Below, one piece after another: positions 48,213-57,500 of a DNA stretch of 64,000 nt. The translations under genes were made by a program, and so were the position numbers. Source of the stretch: Polyangiaceae bacterium (GTDB lineage Bacteria; Myxococcota_A; Polyangia; Polyangiales; Polyangiaceae); NCBI GenBank assembly GCA_033763455.1, contig JANRKO010000006.1, forward strand, positions 640,001 to 704,000, given 5' to 3'. Numbering within the stretch: the first letter of the stretch is position 1; the number at the start of each line of letters is the position of its first letter. The notes below the pieces were generated by a model. The model ran no database searches and was not told the DNA's origin. It saw only the letters and a program-made list of their open reading frames with translations.

Positions 48213-51161
48213 TCAATATTCGCGGCAGTCGACGGTGTCGGGTTGGTTGCCGAAGTGATAGGGGCGAGTTTGTTTGATCCACAAATCGTGATTCGGGCCC
48301 ACGAGCTTGAACTCCATCTCCATTGCGAAGCGACGAGCTTCGCGCTTTGGATCCAGAATGCCGCGAAAATGCGCGTCGATGGCTCCGATGAAACACGCAA
48401 CTTTCTGTGCCTCGCTCAGGCTTAAAACAGCCCCAGGTGTTAGGCTGCTTCGGCCAACGTAGCGGATGGGATCGCTAGAGTAGGTGTTCAAACTGATGAG
48501 GAGTTCTTCTGTGGACACTCCTGGAGCTGGGTTGGTAACACTGGCTTCCCCTATCTGCGCGTTAATGTAGCGTTCTTCAGAGTTTGTCGGGTTGAGAACG
48601 CTCCGGCTTACAGCGACACCGTTGGCCTCCTCACTCAAGAACCCCTCATGCACCAGAATTGCCATGGCCGCTCGGCGTTCGTCGATGCCTGCGAGTTGCC
48701 GTTCGTCGAAGGCACGATCTCGATACAAGCTTGCCCAGACAGTGCGAACCCCCACGTCGAGCGGGCGCTCCGGATCCCCCAGTGCTGCGCTTGTGGAAGT
48801 GTGGAGGCCGGCCCCACTAAAGCCAGTAAGATCTTCGGTGTTACTGCTGCTCCTCAGGCGAACTCTGGCATCTCCAAAACGAGCGTGGATGGCCGCTGCC
48901 AATTCGTTCAGCAGGGAAGCGTCGACGGGGTACTCCAGGATAGACTGGCGAACTTTGGCTAACGCTGCCCAGCGCGCGGCAGGATCTCCCAGGATTGCGG
49001 GGCTGGCCAATAGCTCGTCCAGGAGCGCCTCCGCGCCTGAGGCCGTAAAGTGATTGAAAAAGTGACTCACGGGAATGGCAAAAGCTGACACGGGTGTGAG
49101 AAGTGGCGCACCGCAATCGGGCGCCGGCATGCCGCTGAGCTCCGCCAGCTGGGCCGCCTTTGCCCCGACATAAGGCATCGCGCCGACCCCCAGACCTTCG
49201 AGTGGAACAACGCCTCGCGGAACGCGATCAATCACCGGCACGATTGCAGGTCGATTCGCGCGCCACTTCGCCCAATGCTCCTGTGCTTCTTCAATACTCG
49301 CCCCGGTGATCGAAAAGCCCCCCGCTCCCACTTCGAACCTCACCAGCTTTCCGAGCCATGGAGCCACTCGTGGATCGTGCCTAGCGTTGATCAACGCTAG
49401 GTTCGGAGTGCCGCGCGCCTGGCTCAGAACATTCACGTGGGCGAGAGGGGTTTGAAAAGCCTCGGTGATGAGCCCACCCACGAGCCCCACGTCATTGGGA
49501 ACGTCGTCTGTGATGACGATGCGCTCGGGCCCCAGAGCTGCGTTAGCTAGCTGATCCTCGGGAACGTACACTAGTTCGCCGAAGCCTACGGCTTTGTTGA
49601 GTGCTTGGAGCCGGATACCGCGAAAGGGGGCGTTCTTGCTTACAATCGGAGCCTGACCATCGACCTCGCGCAGACGCGCTTCCTGGCTACTATCCTGTGG
49701 GTGCAGGGCCCAAAGCGTTGGCTCCCGAAGGCGAGGCAACACTTGCTGGTAGGCACTCAACATTTGAGGGCCACTTATGGCATCCCCAAAAGTGTAGTCG
49801 ACCAGCTTAAGATCCGTGCTCGCAAAGGCGTCAAGTGTTCCCAGGAGGTAATCCCTACCTTCGACCTGGAAGTAGTTCTTAACGCTGAAATCATACCACC
49901 CCTGGTTAAACAGGGCGCGCTGGTCGTCCAGGCAACGGTTCAGGTGGGGCGCTCCTTCGATCGATTCTCGAATGAATGTGTAGTGTAAATCCCACGTAGC
50001 AGATCCCAGAAAGTGCACGAACCCCGGTGCCTTGAGCTCAACCACAAACTTAACGCTATCGATCCCAACGTCGCTGCCGCCGTTTGCTAACGCTTGGTAG
50101 TCCCCAGGGGTCCAAAAATTCCTCAGGCGGCCGCCTACGGGGCGACTCAAGAGTGCCTGGCATTCCGTGTTGGGTTTGCCCGGAGTGCTCAGGGCACATA
50201 GACGCAAGCTTGTTGAATCTTCGCTGCGTGCAAGTACCGCGCCCGTGGGCCACTGCATGAAATCTTGACGCCAAACTGCACGGTCTCCCGTAGTTCGGTC
50301 AAAAAGCGTCAAAACACCCTCAAATTCCGGATCCAATTCCAGCGTTGAAGTCGCCTCGGGGGGGATGGGGATCGTGAAACGTTCGCCAGAAGCCACGCTC
50401 TTTTGCCCATCCCAGATCTCGACGCCGTCAGTGATCGTTGGCCAAAGCTGGCCGGGCTTGTGAGGCGCCAGCCGCAGTGAAAAACGCCCTTTGGGAAGCG
50501 CTTCTGTGGTTGTTGAGAGGAGCTCCACGAAGGATGCCGGGCGTAGCGCCAATTCGGTCAATTCCAGGAACTGGCTGCGCTCCGGAAATGGTTCTGGGAA
50601 CTTGAAGGGAGCATAGGTAACCTCGTCGGTGATATCTGGCCGGCTTGGGGGCGAACATTTGGCGCCGTTAGTCTTAAGTGGCGAAGCGTAGCGGCAAATT
50701 TCGAACGTACCGATGATGTCCGGAAAGCGCGCCCAAACTTCGCTCTCGGCGAGCAAAGGAACAGTCACCCGCGATTCAAGCGCGCGCTTTCTATCCCTGA
50801 GGACGAGCGTTTCCCCTTTGGAGCTCACGCGAAATGGGAGGTGGAAGGGCCCCTGATCAGTGGCTTCATCTGCCCAGATCAGCACGCGTTCTCCGGGGGC
50901 TAACTCCTGATTTGGTAAACGTGTTAACGCCTCACCCGATTGGCCGAGCTCAAAGTTGGAAAGATTGAGGGGGCCCTCGGATGCGTTCACGAGCTCGATA
51001 AAATCGTCCGTCTCGCCATGCTCATCCACCCAGGCGCCTTGGTTGTTGGAGCACACTTCGCTGATCGCGAGGTCCGTCTCGCCGGTGCCCACACTTCCGC
51101 ACCCGGCGAGGCCCAGGGCGGAACACGACAGCAGCGCCGCGATCTGGAAGAACTGTGCCAT
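48213..51161 (-). CDS. Lipoprotein with lamin-tail domain, phosphohistidine swivel and PPDK-type ATP-grasp (dikinase-like)
   Basis: LAGC lipobox; ISEV..N..DFIELVN lamin-tail motif; GLITEAFQTPLAHVNVLSQARG; VGAKAAQL; RSSSNTEDLTGFSGAGL; EMEFK..IKQTRP. Confidence 0.8.
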   Translation of the reverse strand: MAQFFQIAALLSCSALGLAGCGSVGTGETDLAISEVCSNNQGAWVDEHGETDDFIELVNASEGPLNLSNFELGQSGEALTRLPNQELAPGERVLIWADEATDQGPFHLPFRVSSKGETLVLRDRKRALESRVTVPLLAESEVWARFPDIIGTFEICRYASPLKTNGAKCSPPSRPDITDEVTYAPFKFPEPFPERSQFLELTELALRPASFVELLSTTTEALPKGRFSLRLAPHKPGQLWPTITDGVEIWDGQKSVASGERFTIPIPPEATSTLELDPEFEGVLTLFDRTTGDRAVWRQDFMQWPTGAVLARSEDSTSLRLCALSTPGKPNTECQALLSRPVGGRLRNFWTPGDYQALANGGSDVGIDSVKFVVELKAPGFVHFLGSATWDLHYTFIRESIEGAPHLNRCLDDQRALFNQGWYDFSVKNYFQVEGRDYLLGTLDAFASTDLKLVDYTFGDAISGPQMLSAYQQVLPRLREPTLWALHPQDSSQEARLREVDGQAPIVSKNAPFRGIRLQALNKAVGFGELVYVPEDQLANAALGPERIVITDDVPNDVGLVGGLITEAFQTPLAHVNVLSQARGTPNLALINARHDPRVAPWLGKLVRFEVGAGGFSITGASIEEAQEHWAKWRANRPAIVPVIDRVPRGVVPLEGLGVGAMPYVGAKAAQLAELSGMPAPDCGAPLLTPVSAFAIPVSHFFNHFTASGAEALLDELLASPAILGDPAARWAALAKVRQSILEYPVDASLLNELAAAIHARFGDARVRLRSSSNTEDLTGFSGAGLHTSTSAALGDPERPLDVGVRTVWASLYRDRAFDERQLAGIDERRAAMAILVHEGFLSEEANGVAVSRSVLNPTNSEERYINAQIGEASVTNPAPGVSTEELLISLNTYSSDPIRYVGRSSLTPGAVLSLSEAQKVACFIGAIDAHFRGILDPKREARRFAMEMEFKLVGPNHDLWIKQTRPYHFGNQPDTVDCREY

Positions 51162-51250
51162 GTTGTGCCGCAAGACAGACAAAGATCCCGCAGCTTGTGC
51201 AAATTTTTCAACGGAACCCATAAGAAACTCGACTGCCTTAGCTGGAGTTT

Positions 51251-51266
51251 AGCAAGACGCATGCCT
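51251..51266 (-). promoter_or_regulatory. Candidate sigma54 (-24/-12) promoter for the dikinase-like gene
   Basis: Minus strand AGGCATGCGTCTTGCT fits GG-N10-GC with TTGCT; one mismatch at the conserved T. Confidence 0.4.
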
Positions 51267-51291
51267 GGAGGAACGATTATCCTCTGCGGCC

Positions 51292-52311
51292 ATGAGTACT
51301 CCGCGATTTCGCCCGCTCGGACGCACGGGCGTTCAAGTCAGCCCGCTTACCCTCGGATGCATGATGTTTGGGGGGCGCACCAACCTCACCGATTCGTGCA
51401 AGATCATCGACCGCGCGCTCGACAGCGGTATTAACTTTCTGGATACGGCAGACGCCTATTCCAGGGGAGAAAGCGAACGCGTCACGGGGGAGGCACTGCA
51501 GCGAAACGGCAAGCGAGGGCGAGTTGTGCTCGCCACCAAGGTCCATTTCGCCATGGCGGACGATGACCCGAATAGTGCCGGCAACAGCCGGCGCCACATC
51601 ATTGAATCGTGTGAAGCCAGCCTGGTACGGCTGAAGACTGACTATATCGATCTCTACCAAATCCATCGTCCTCAGTCTGCCATCCCCATCGATGAAACCC
51701 TGCGCGCTCTGGATGATCTGATTCGAGCTGGCAAAGTGCGGTACGTGGGAACTAGCACCTTCGCAGCTTGGCAATGTGTCGAGTCACTTTGGGTTTCGAA
51801 GGAATACGGGCTGAATCGCTTTGTATGTGAACAGCCCCCGTATAATATTCTCGATCGTCGTATTGAACGCGAGCTCCTTCCGATGGCTCGAACATTTGGC
51901 TACGGCGTTATCCCGTGGAGCCCTCTAGCAGGAGGGCTGCTCACGGGCAAATACTCTCGTGCCAACCCACCACCGAGCGACTCTCGTTACGCGGAGGTCG
52001 AGACAAACCCCCACCTGCAGGCTCGCTACGTTGCCGAACTGTTCGACGTAGTCGACCGGCTGAGTACATTGAGCCAGCGCAAAGAGTGCACCATTTCGGC
52101 CCTCGCCCTTGCCTGGGTTATGGCTCAGCCCGGCGTTACCAGCCCCATCATCGGACCCCGAACGCTGGAGCAACTCGAAGACAATCTCAAGGCGCTGCAA
52201 GTGCTCATCGGGCCAGACGATGAAAAGGCGATCGACGCCATTGTTCCCCCGGGTTCGATGCTCTCTCCCTTCTATCGCGCAGATTTTGGGCCGCATCCCT
52301 TTCGCGTGTGA
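51292..52311 (+). CDS. Aldo/keto reductase
   Basis: LGRTGVQVSPLTLGCM, DTADAY, LATK, DYIDLYQIH, PWSPLAGGLLTGKY. Confidence 0.95.
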   Translation: MSTPRFRPLGRTGVQVSPLTLGCMMFGGRTNLTDSCKIIDRALDSGINFLDTADAYSRGESERVTGEALQRNGKRGRVVLATKVHFAMADDDPNSAGNSRRHIIESCEASLVRLKTDYIDLYQIHRPQSAIPIDETLRALDDLIRAGKVRYVGTSTFAAWQCVESLWVSKEYGLNRFVCEQPPYNILDRRIERELLPMARTFGYGVIPWSPLAGGLLTGKYSRANPPPSDSRYAEVETNPHLQARYVAELFDVVDRLSTLSQRKECTISALALAWVMAQPGVTSPIIGPRTLEQLEDNLKALQVLIGPDDEKAIDAIVPPGSMLSPFYRADFGPHPFRV

Positions 52312-52446
52312 TTCATCCTGCGCATTCAAGCTTGGGCAACGAGCCCGTGTGGATGAATGCGTTGCGAGTTGCAAGCGCTGTGAGTACGCTGTTGGTGCAT
52401 GTGCGATCGCCAAGATCGCACCGACATCTCAGCAGTTGGAGCCATC

Positions 52447-53544
52447 ATGCGTTTGGTAGCAGGAATGAGTGCGTTGCTAGTTTTGGCTGTGCCGGGCTTG
52501 GCCCAGGCGGATGTCCTCTTTCACGGGGACTTTGAAAGCGGAGATCTCTCCGGGTGGCAATCCCAGCTCAACCTCATGGGCTCCGCGGGGCCCAACATTA
52601 CGGTAGTGGGTGCTCCGGTATTTGAAGGTACACACGCCGGCAAAATCGTGATCCACCCCGATGATCTTTGGCCAAATGGGCACAATCGCGTGGAGCTTCA
52701 CCAGGATGGGGCTCGCACCGGCGAGGGGCAAGACATGTTCTTCGCCTTTAGCTTTCTATTGCCCGAGCAGCCGCAGGTGCATAACGATATTGGCTATTTT
52801 GAAACAAACTCAAGTTATCAACAAAGCATGGCGTGGTACGTGGATCCGAGTGGGAACAAAGCCACGCTAGGGTTTCGGACTAACCACCCTCAAGGTAAGG
52901 AACAGTGGAAGGCAGAAGTTTCGATTGGCGCCTGGCACCACCTGGCTGCCAAGATCCGCTGGTCTGAAGATGCCGCCCTGGGGCGCGTGAGCCTGTGGTT
53001 TGACGGCACGGAGGTGCTCACAGAAGTTGGAGCGAAGACCAAGCCAGACGCCAATAAGCTCTTCTTTCAGCTAGGATACCATCGTAACGCCACGGCAACC
53101 CCCGTTGAGACGATCTACATCGATCGCGTACTTGAAACGACGACGCTCCCCGAGTTGTTGCCATCGGCGGCGGGCAACACCGGAGGGGCCGCGCAAACAG
53201 CCGGTGCTGGCGGTGCGGCGTCGGGTGGCACCACCTTCAAGAGCGGGGGAGTAACTTCGGCAAGCGGGGGTGCGGTGAACGGACAAGGCGGTGCCCATAG
53301 CGGGGGCGCAAATGCCGCAAGTGGCGGTGCTAAGATGGGCGGTGCGGCCTTCGGCGCTGGAGGCGTTCAGACGGGAACCTCAGGCGGCGCTGGGCCGCTT
53401 GTGACCAATACGGGATCGTCCAGCAGCGATTCGGGCTGCAGTTGTCGGACGGCACCGGCTCCCACCACACCCTTAGCCGGCTTTGGTGTGTTGGTTGCGG
53501 CGTTGGTCGGTATTCGGCGCCGCCGTGCACTCTCCTTAAACTAG
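52447..53544 (+). CDS. Polysaccharide lyase-like (heparin lyase I-like) surface protein with MYXO-CTERM anchor
   Basis: Signal peptide AQA; GDFESGDLSGW, HNRVEL, GAWHH..IRWS..G.VSLWFDG, FQLGYHR; Gly-rich linker; SGCSCR..hydrophobic..RRRR tail. Confidence 0.75.
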   Translation: MRLVAGMSALLVLAVPGLAQADVLFHGDFESGDLSGWQSQLNLMGSAGPNITVVGAPVFEGTHAGKIVIHPDDLWPNGHNRVELHQDGARTGEGQDMFFAFSFLLPEQPQVHNDIGYFETNSSYQQSMAWYVDPSGNKATLGFRTNHPQGKEQWKAEVSIGAWHHLAAKIRWSEDAALGRVSLWFDGTEVLTEVGAKTKPDANKLFFQLGYHRNATATPVETIYIDRVLETTTLPELLPSAAGNTGGAAQTAGAGGAASGGTTFKSGGVTSASGGAVNGQGGAHSGGANAASGGAKMGGAAFGAGGVQTGTSGGAGPLVTNTGSSSSDSGCSCRTAPAPTTPLAGFGVLVAALVGIRRRRALSLN

Positions 53545-54416
53545 CGTGCAATCTGTCCGAGCTTGCCCGCCTGATAATCCCGTATGGCCTGCTGGATCTC
53601 GTGGGGGTGGTTCATCACGAACGGTCCGTAGCGAGCCACCGGCTCGGCAAGTGGCTTGCCAGCTATCACAAGCAAGCGCGCCGCCACGCTCGACTCTTGG
53701 GCGCAAGCGAGCCTGAGCGCACCGCCTGCACCAAAAAGCGCGCACTGGCCATCCAAAACCCTCGAGCGCTCCGCGCCGACCTCGGCCTCACCCTCAAACA
53801 CAAACGCGAAACCTGTGAAGGCTTCCGGTAATTCGACATCTACCTCGGCGCCCGGCTGAAGCGTCCAATCGTGATAAGCGATCGGAGTACGTGTTTCGAT
53901 CACCGCCGAAACGCCGAGCGCTGCCCCCGCAAGCACGCTGACTTTCGCCAGACCATCCGGAGACGTCGCTTTGGGGATATTTACAGCCTTTACCTCCTGG
54001 TAGCGCGGCACCATCATCTTCTCGGCGGCCGGTAGGTTCACCCAGAGCTGAAAGCCATGCATGCGGCCACCTTGTTCTTGCATCCGCCGAGATGGCATCT
54101 CGCTATGCACAATGCCTCGCCCGGCCGTCATCCACTGCACGTCCCCAGCACCGAGAACGCCACGATGCCCGGCAGAATCCTCGTGTTCGGCTTCGCCCTC
54201 CAAAACGTAAGTGACCGTTTCAAAGCCGCGATGTGGATGATCGGGTGCACCCATGGCTTGCCCGGGCGCATACGAAATGGGGCCAAGCTCGTCCAGCAAA
54301 AGAAATGGATCTACCTGCTCAACGCCGGCGACTGGGAAGGGGCGCCGCACGATGAAGCCCGCGCCTTCGCGCGTGCGCGTTGAGGAAAGAATGCGTGTGA
54401 TGAGGCGGTCGGTCAT
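53541..54416 (-). CDS. Pirin family protein
   Basis: DPFLLLD, HPHRGFETVTY, QWMTAGRGIVHSE, QLWVNLP, GPFVMN. Confidence 0.95.
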   Translation of the reverse strand: MTDRLITRILSSTRTREGAGFIVRRPFPVAGVEQVDPFLLLDELGPISYAPGQAMGAPDHPHRGFETVTYVLEGEAEHEDSAGHRGVLGAGDVQWMTAGRGIVHSEMPSRRMQEQGGRMHGFQLWVNLPAAEKMMVPRYQEVKAVNIPKATSPDGLAKVSVLAGAALGVSAVIETRTPIAYHDWTLQPGAEVDVELPEAFTGFAFVFEGEAEVGAERSRVLDGQCALFGAGGALRLACAQESSVAARLLVIAGKPLAEPVARYGPFVMNHPHEIQQAIRDYQAGKLGQIAR

Positions 54417-54440
54417 GCTGAGCAACGGGGGCTGAGTAGA

Positions 54441-54450
54441 GGGGGGGGGG
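54441..54450. repeat. G10 homopolymer tract upstream of pirin
   Basis: Ten consecutive G, 25 nt upstream of the pirin ATG. Confidence 0.9.
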
Positions 54451-54514
54451 AGCGGAAGTACTCTGGAGAGGTGGATCCTTAAGGCGCGAGCGGTGGTTCC
54501 GGGAGTGGCAGCCT

Positions 54515-55531
54515 TCAGGCTCCCAGTACCAGATTCCAAATTCGGCGATAATTACCCCAATCCGCGTGAAGCTCCGTCCCGTTGGAAACGATCGCCCCGG
54601 CCACGTTTTCTAAAGGATCTACAAGCAGCATGCAGCCGCTGAACCCCGGGTGACCAACGGCGGCTTCCGAGCAGAGGTCGCCAAAACACCGATGCATGTT
54701 GGTTGGCCCCTTACGCCAGAACCCTGGAGTTCTCTGAAATTTGCCGCCGGTGACTTCGCGGAGCATGAGTGCAACGCTCGCCTTGGAGAGTACCTGTTGC
54801 GTGTTGGCAAAGCCTCCGCCAAGGAGCATTTTACCGAACAGAACCAGATCTACCGCAGTTGAGAACAGGCCACTGTCACCCGTGGGAGGGGCGGACCGCA
54901 GTTCTTCCAGGTGGCGTTGCTCAGCGCCGTTGAACGGCAACACGAACTCGTGGGGGCGCAGTGTGTCCACCTGGTAGGTGGTGTGGTGCATCCCGAGCGG
55001 CTCAAACAACGCAGAGCGAGCGAAGCTTTCCAGGCTGGACCCTGTGATGCGTTGCAACAGGTCCATCAGGATCGAGTAGCCTTGTGAGAAGTAGGTGCCG
55101 GTGGTTCCGATTGGACACTTGAGTTCAGAAATGCCGTAAATCTGGCCGAAGTAGCGGGGTAGATCCGTATTGTCCCGGGGCCACGAAATGCTAGGTACCT
55201 CGGCGAATTCAGCCGTGTGCGTGAGGAGGTTGAGCAGTGTTACCTGGGGGAGGGGATATTCTGGAATATAGCGAGCCACCGAATCGTCCAAGGAGAGCTC
55301 GCCCATCTCCGCAAGTTTCACGATGAGGCTACCCGTAATGGGTTTTGTCACCGAGCCGACGTTGAAGCGTGTCGTCGGAAGGATGGGACTACCGGTCCCC
55401 TTGGGGCCCGAGTGCCCTCCCAAGAAATCGACGATAACCTGATCACCGCGCGTGGCACGCACGGAGAGTGATGGCGAGACTCCGCTGTCGAGGAACTTTT
55501 GGAACTGGGTTTGGATTGGCACGCGGGGCAC
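54515..55531 (-). CDS. Serine hydrolase, beta-lactamase-related family
   Basis: GSVTK (SxxK), LLTHTA, YFS, GHPGFSG; no signal peptide. Confidence 0.88.
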   Translation of the reverse strand: MPRVPIQTQFQKFLDSGVSPSLSVRATRGDQVIVDFLGGHSGPKGTGSPILPTTRFNVGSVTKPITGSLIVKLAEMGELSLDDSVARYIPEYPLPQVTLLNLLTHTAEFAEVPSISWPRDNTDLPRYFGQIYGISELKCPIGTTGTYFSQGYSILMDLLQRITGSSLESFARSALFEPLGMHHTTYQVDTLRPHEFVLPFNGAEQRHLEELRSAPPTGDSGLFSTAVDLVLFGKMLLGGGFANTQQVLSKASVALMLREVTGGKFQRTPGFWRKGPTNMHRCFGDLCSEAAVGHPGFSGCMLLVDPLENVAGAIVSNGTELHADWGNYRRIWNLVLGA

Positions 55532-55722
55532 GCACCCAGCCTACCCGCGAGGGTGCCCAAACTCTACTCCACCAAGCGAAGGAACCTTACGACGGCGGCG
55601 CGCTCAGCTAACGAGTGGCTTCGGTGCGGGATGCCGGGCTAGCACCGAAGCCAATAGCTTTTTCGCGTTGACCGGTTGGCTCAATGGGTGTGCGGTGCGG
55701 ATACAAAAAATTCGATGCGTAT

Positions 55723-56694
55723 CTAGCGTTGCAGCAAACGCGCAGCCTCGACGGCGCCGTACGTAAAGATGATGTCTGCACCAGCTCTGCGTAAGCACAA
55801 AAGACTTTCCAGCAGGGCCCGGTCGTAATCAAGCCAGCCATTTTGTGCGGCGGCCTTCAGCATCGCGTATTCACCGCTCACGTGATACGCAGCAACGGGA
55901 AGCGGAGTATTTTCGCGCACGGCGCGGATCACGTCGAGGTACGGCAACCCAGGTTTTACCATCAGCCAATCCGCACCTTCAGCTTCATCGAGGCGCACTT
56001 CGCGCAGCGCCTCCCGCACGTTGGCGGGGTCCATTTGGTACGTCTTCTTGTCGCCACTGCGTGGGGCTGATTCGAGGGCATCCCGAAAGGGTCCGTAAAA
56101 GACGGAAGCGTACTTCACGGCGTAGCTGCAAATGCCGACGTCTAAGAACCCCGCCTCATCGAGTGCTTCGCGGATCGCCAACACACGGCCGTCCATCATG
56201 TCTGAAGGGGCCACCATATCAGCGCCCGCTTCGGCTTGCGCCACCGCCATCGCGGCTAACAGAGGCACCGTGGCTTCGTTATCGATCTTGTCGTCGACCA
56301 GCACACCATCGTGTCCATCGGACGAATACGGATCGAGCGCAACATCGGTGATAACCAGGAGCTCCGGCAAGGCGGACTTCAGGGCGCGCACCGTGCGTTG
56401 CAGAAGGCCCTGCTCATTCAAGGCTTCGGTACCGCGCGGATCCTTCTTTCCATCTTCGATCGCGGGGAAGAGGGCAACGGCCGGTACTCCCAGGGAAAAG
56501 GCTTCGCGCGCCTTGCTGACGAGCTTCTCAATGCCAAAACGCGATTGCCCAGGCATGGAGCGAATGGGCGTTTCCGTGTTCTCGCCCTCTTGCACGAACA
56601 TGGGCCAAACCAGGCTTCCGGGCGTGAGGGTTGTTTCTCTTACGAGGCCACGGATGGCTGCGGTTCTACGGTTGCGGCGGGGGCGCTCCAGCAT
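55723..56694 (-). CDS. hemB: Porphobilinogen synthase (delta-aminolevulinic acid dehydratase)
   Basis: DVALDPYSSDGHDG (Asp-rich, non-Zn type), APSDMMDGR, YGPFRDA, MVKPG, SGEYAM. Confidence 0.97.
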   Translation of the reverse strand: MLERPRRNRRTAAIRGLVRETTLTPGSLVWPMFVQEGENTETPIRSMPGQSRFGIEKLVSKAREAFSLGVPAVALFPAIEDGKKDPRGTEALNEQGLLQRTVRALKSALPELLVITDVALDPYSSDGHDGVLVDDKIDNEATVPLLAAMAVAQAEAGADMVAPSDMMDGRVLAIREALDEAGFLDVGICSYAVKYASVFYGPFRDALESAPRSGDKKTYQMDPANVREALREVRLDEAEGADWLMVKPGLPYLDVIRAVRENTPLPVAAYHVSGEYAMLKAAAQNGWLDYDRALLESLLCLRRAGADIIFTYGAVEAARLLQR

Positions 56695-56703
56695 CGGTGA
56701 ACC

Positions 56704-57291
56704 TTACTGCTCCTTTTGGGCTGGTTCCAGTAGTCCGAGGAATTCCAGAAAACGCTTGGCAAGCTCTGGCCGTTTTCCAGCGCGGCGGCGGGCGCGTTGG
56801 AGGCGATTCCAGGCTTCCACGCGCTCGTAGTAGGCCTCGTTCATGGCTTCGTAGTGGTCTTGGGTGGACACGATTTGCGCTGGATTGTTCTTGCCGTCGA
56901 GCTCGTATTCGCACTCAATCACGTCGATGATTTTGAGGCTGCGCAGCTTCTTGTCTTTGCCGTAAGTTGGGTCAAATGGAAAAGCGCGGCACCCGAGTGG
57001 GCGGTGTTCGTAGATGGAGCAGCGATCGTCTTCGCCCAAGAAGTAGCACCCTCCGCGGCCTTGTCGCATCACCAGCGCTCGCTTGCCTTGTCGGAAGCTT
57101 GCGAAGGCCTCGGGCTCGTCGTCCATGTCGATGTGGTAACGATCGGTGTAGCGCACGAAGTTGAGCGGGCTTTCCCCCGTTCCGTCTACGATGCGGCGAA
57201 TGTCGTCGTCCGTAAGCGGCAGCACGGGGTCTTTGCAGCAGTTGCCGCAGCCGGTACAGCGGAAGTTGAGGTTCTTGATGGGCGCGGCCAC
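56704..57291 (-). CDS. YkgJ-family cysteine-cluster protein
   Basis: FRCTGCGNCC ... CYFL...CSIYEHRPLGCRAFPF. Confidence 0.88.
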   Translation of the reverse strand: MAAPIKNLNFRCTGCGNCCKDPVLPLTDDDIRRIVDGTGESPLNFVRYTDRYHIDMDDEPEAFASFRQGKRALVMRQGRGGCYFLGEDDRCSIYEHRPLGCRAFPFDPTYGKDKKLRSLKIIDVIECEYELDGKNNPAQIVSTQDHYEAMNEAYYERVEAWNRLQRARRRAGKRPELAKRFLEFLGLLEPAQKEQ

Positions 57292-57500
57292 GCTCGGTCC
57301 CTTAACAAATCAGAGGTGGTGGAGCGAGCCTCGTGTCGGAAAGGCAGTGTGCCCCTAGTCGGACGACAGAGTTTGAGCGCCGACTAGCCGCCACGCGGCC
57401 GTTTGAACCAAGCCGCAGGCTCGCTCGCTTCGAGGCCCGCAGCACAGGAAAGGCAACCCTGGACCCGGAGTTTCCCCATGATTCTTACTATGAAATCACG

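Noticed and set aside
48213..51161. Plain PEP synthase or pyruvate phosphate dikinase
   Set aside because: It lacks the C-terminal PEP-binding barrel, has the reversed domain order, and carries a lipoprotein signal.
54515..55531. True beta-lactamase (resistance gene)
   Set aside because: There is no signal peptide, and YFS/HPG replace the class C YxN/KTG motifs; an esterase-like hydrolase is more likely.
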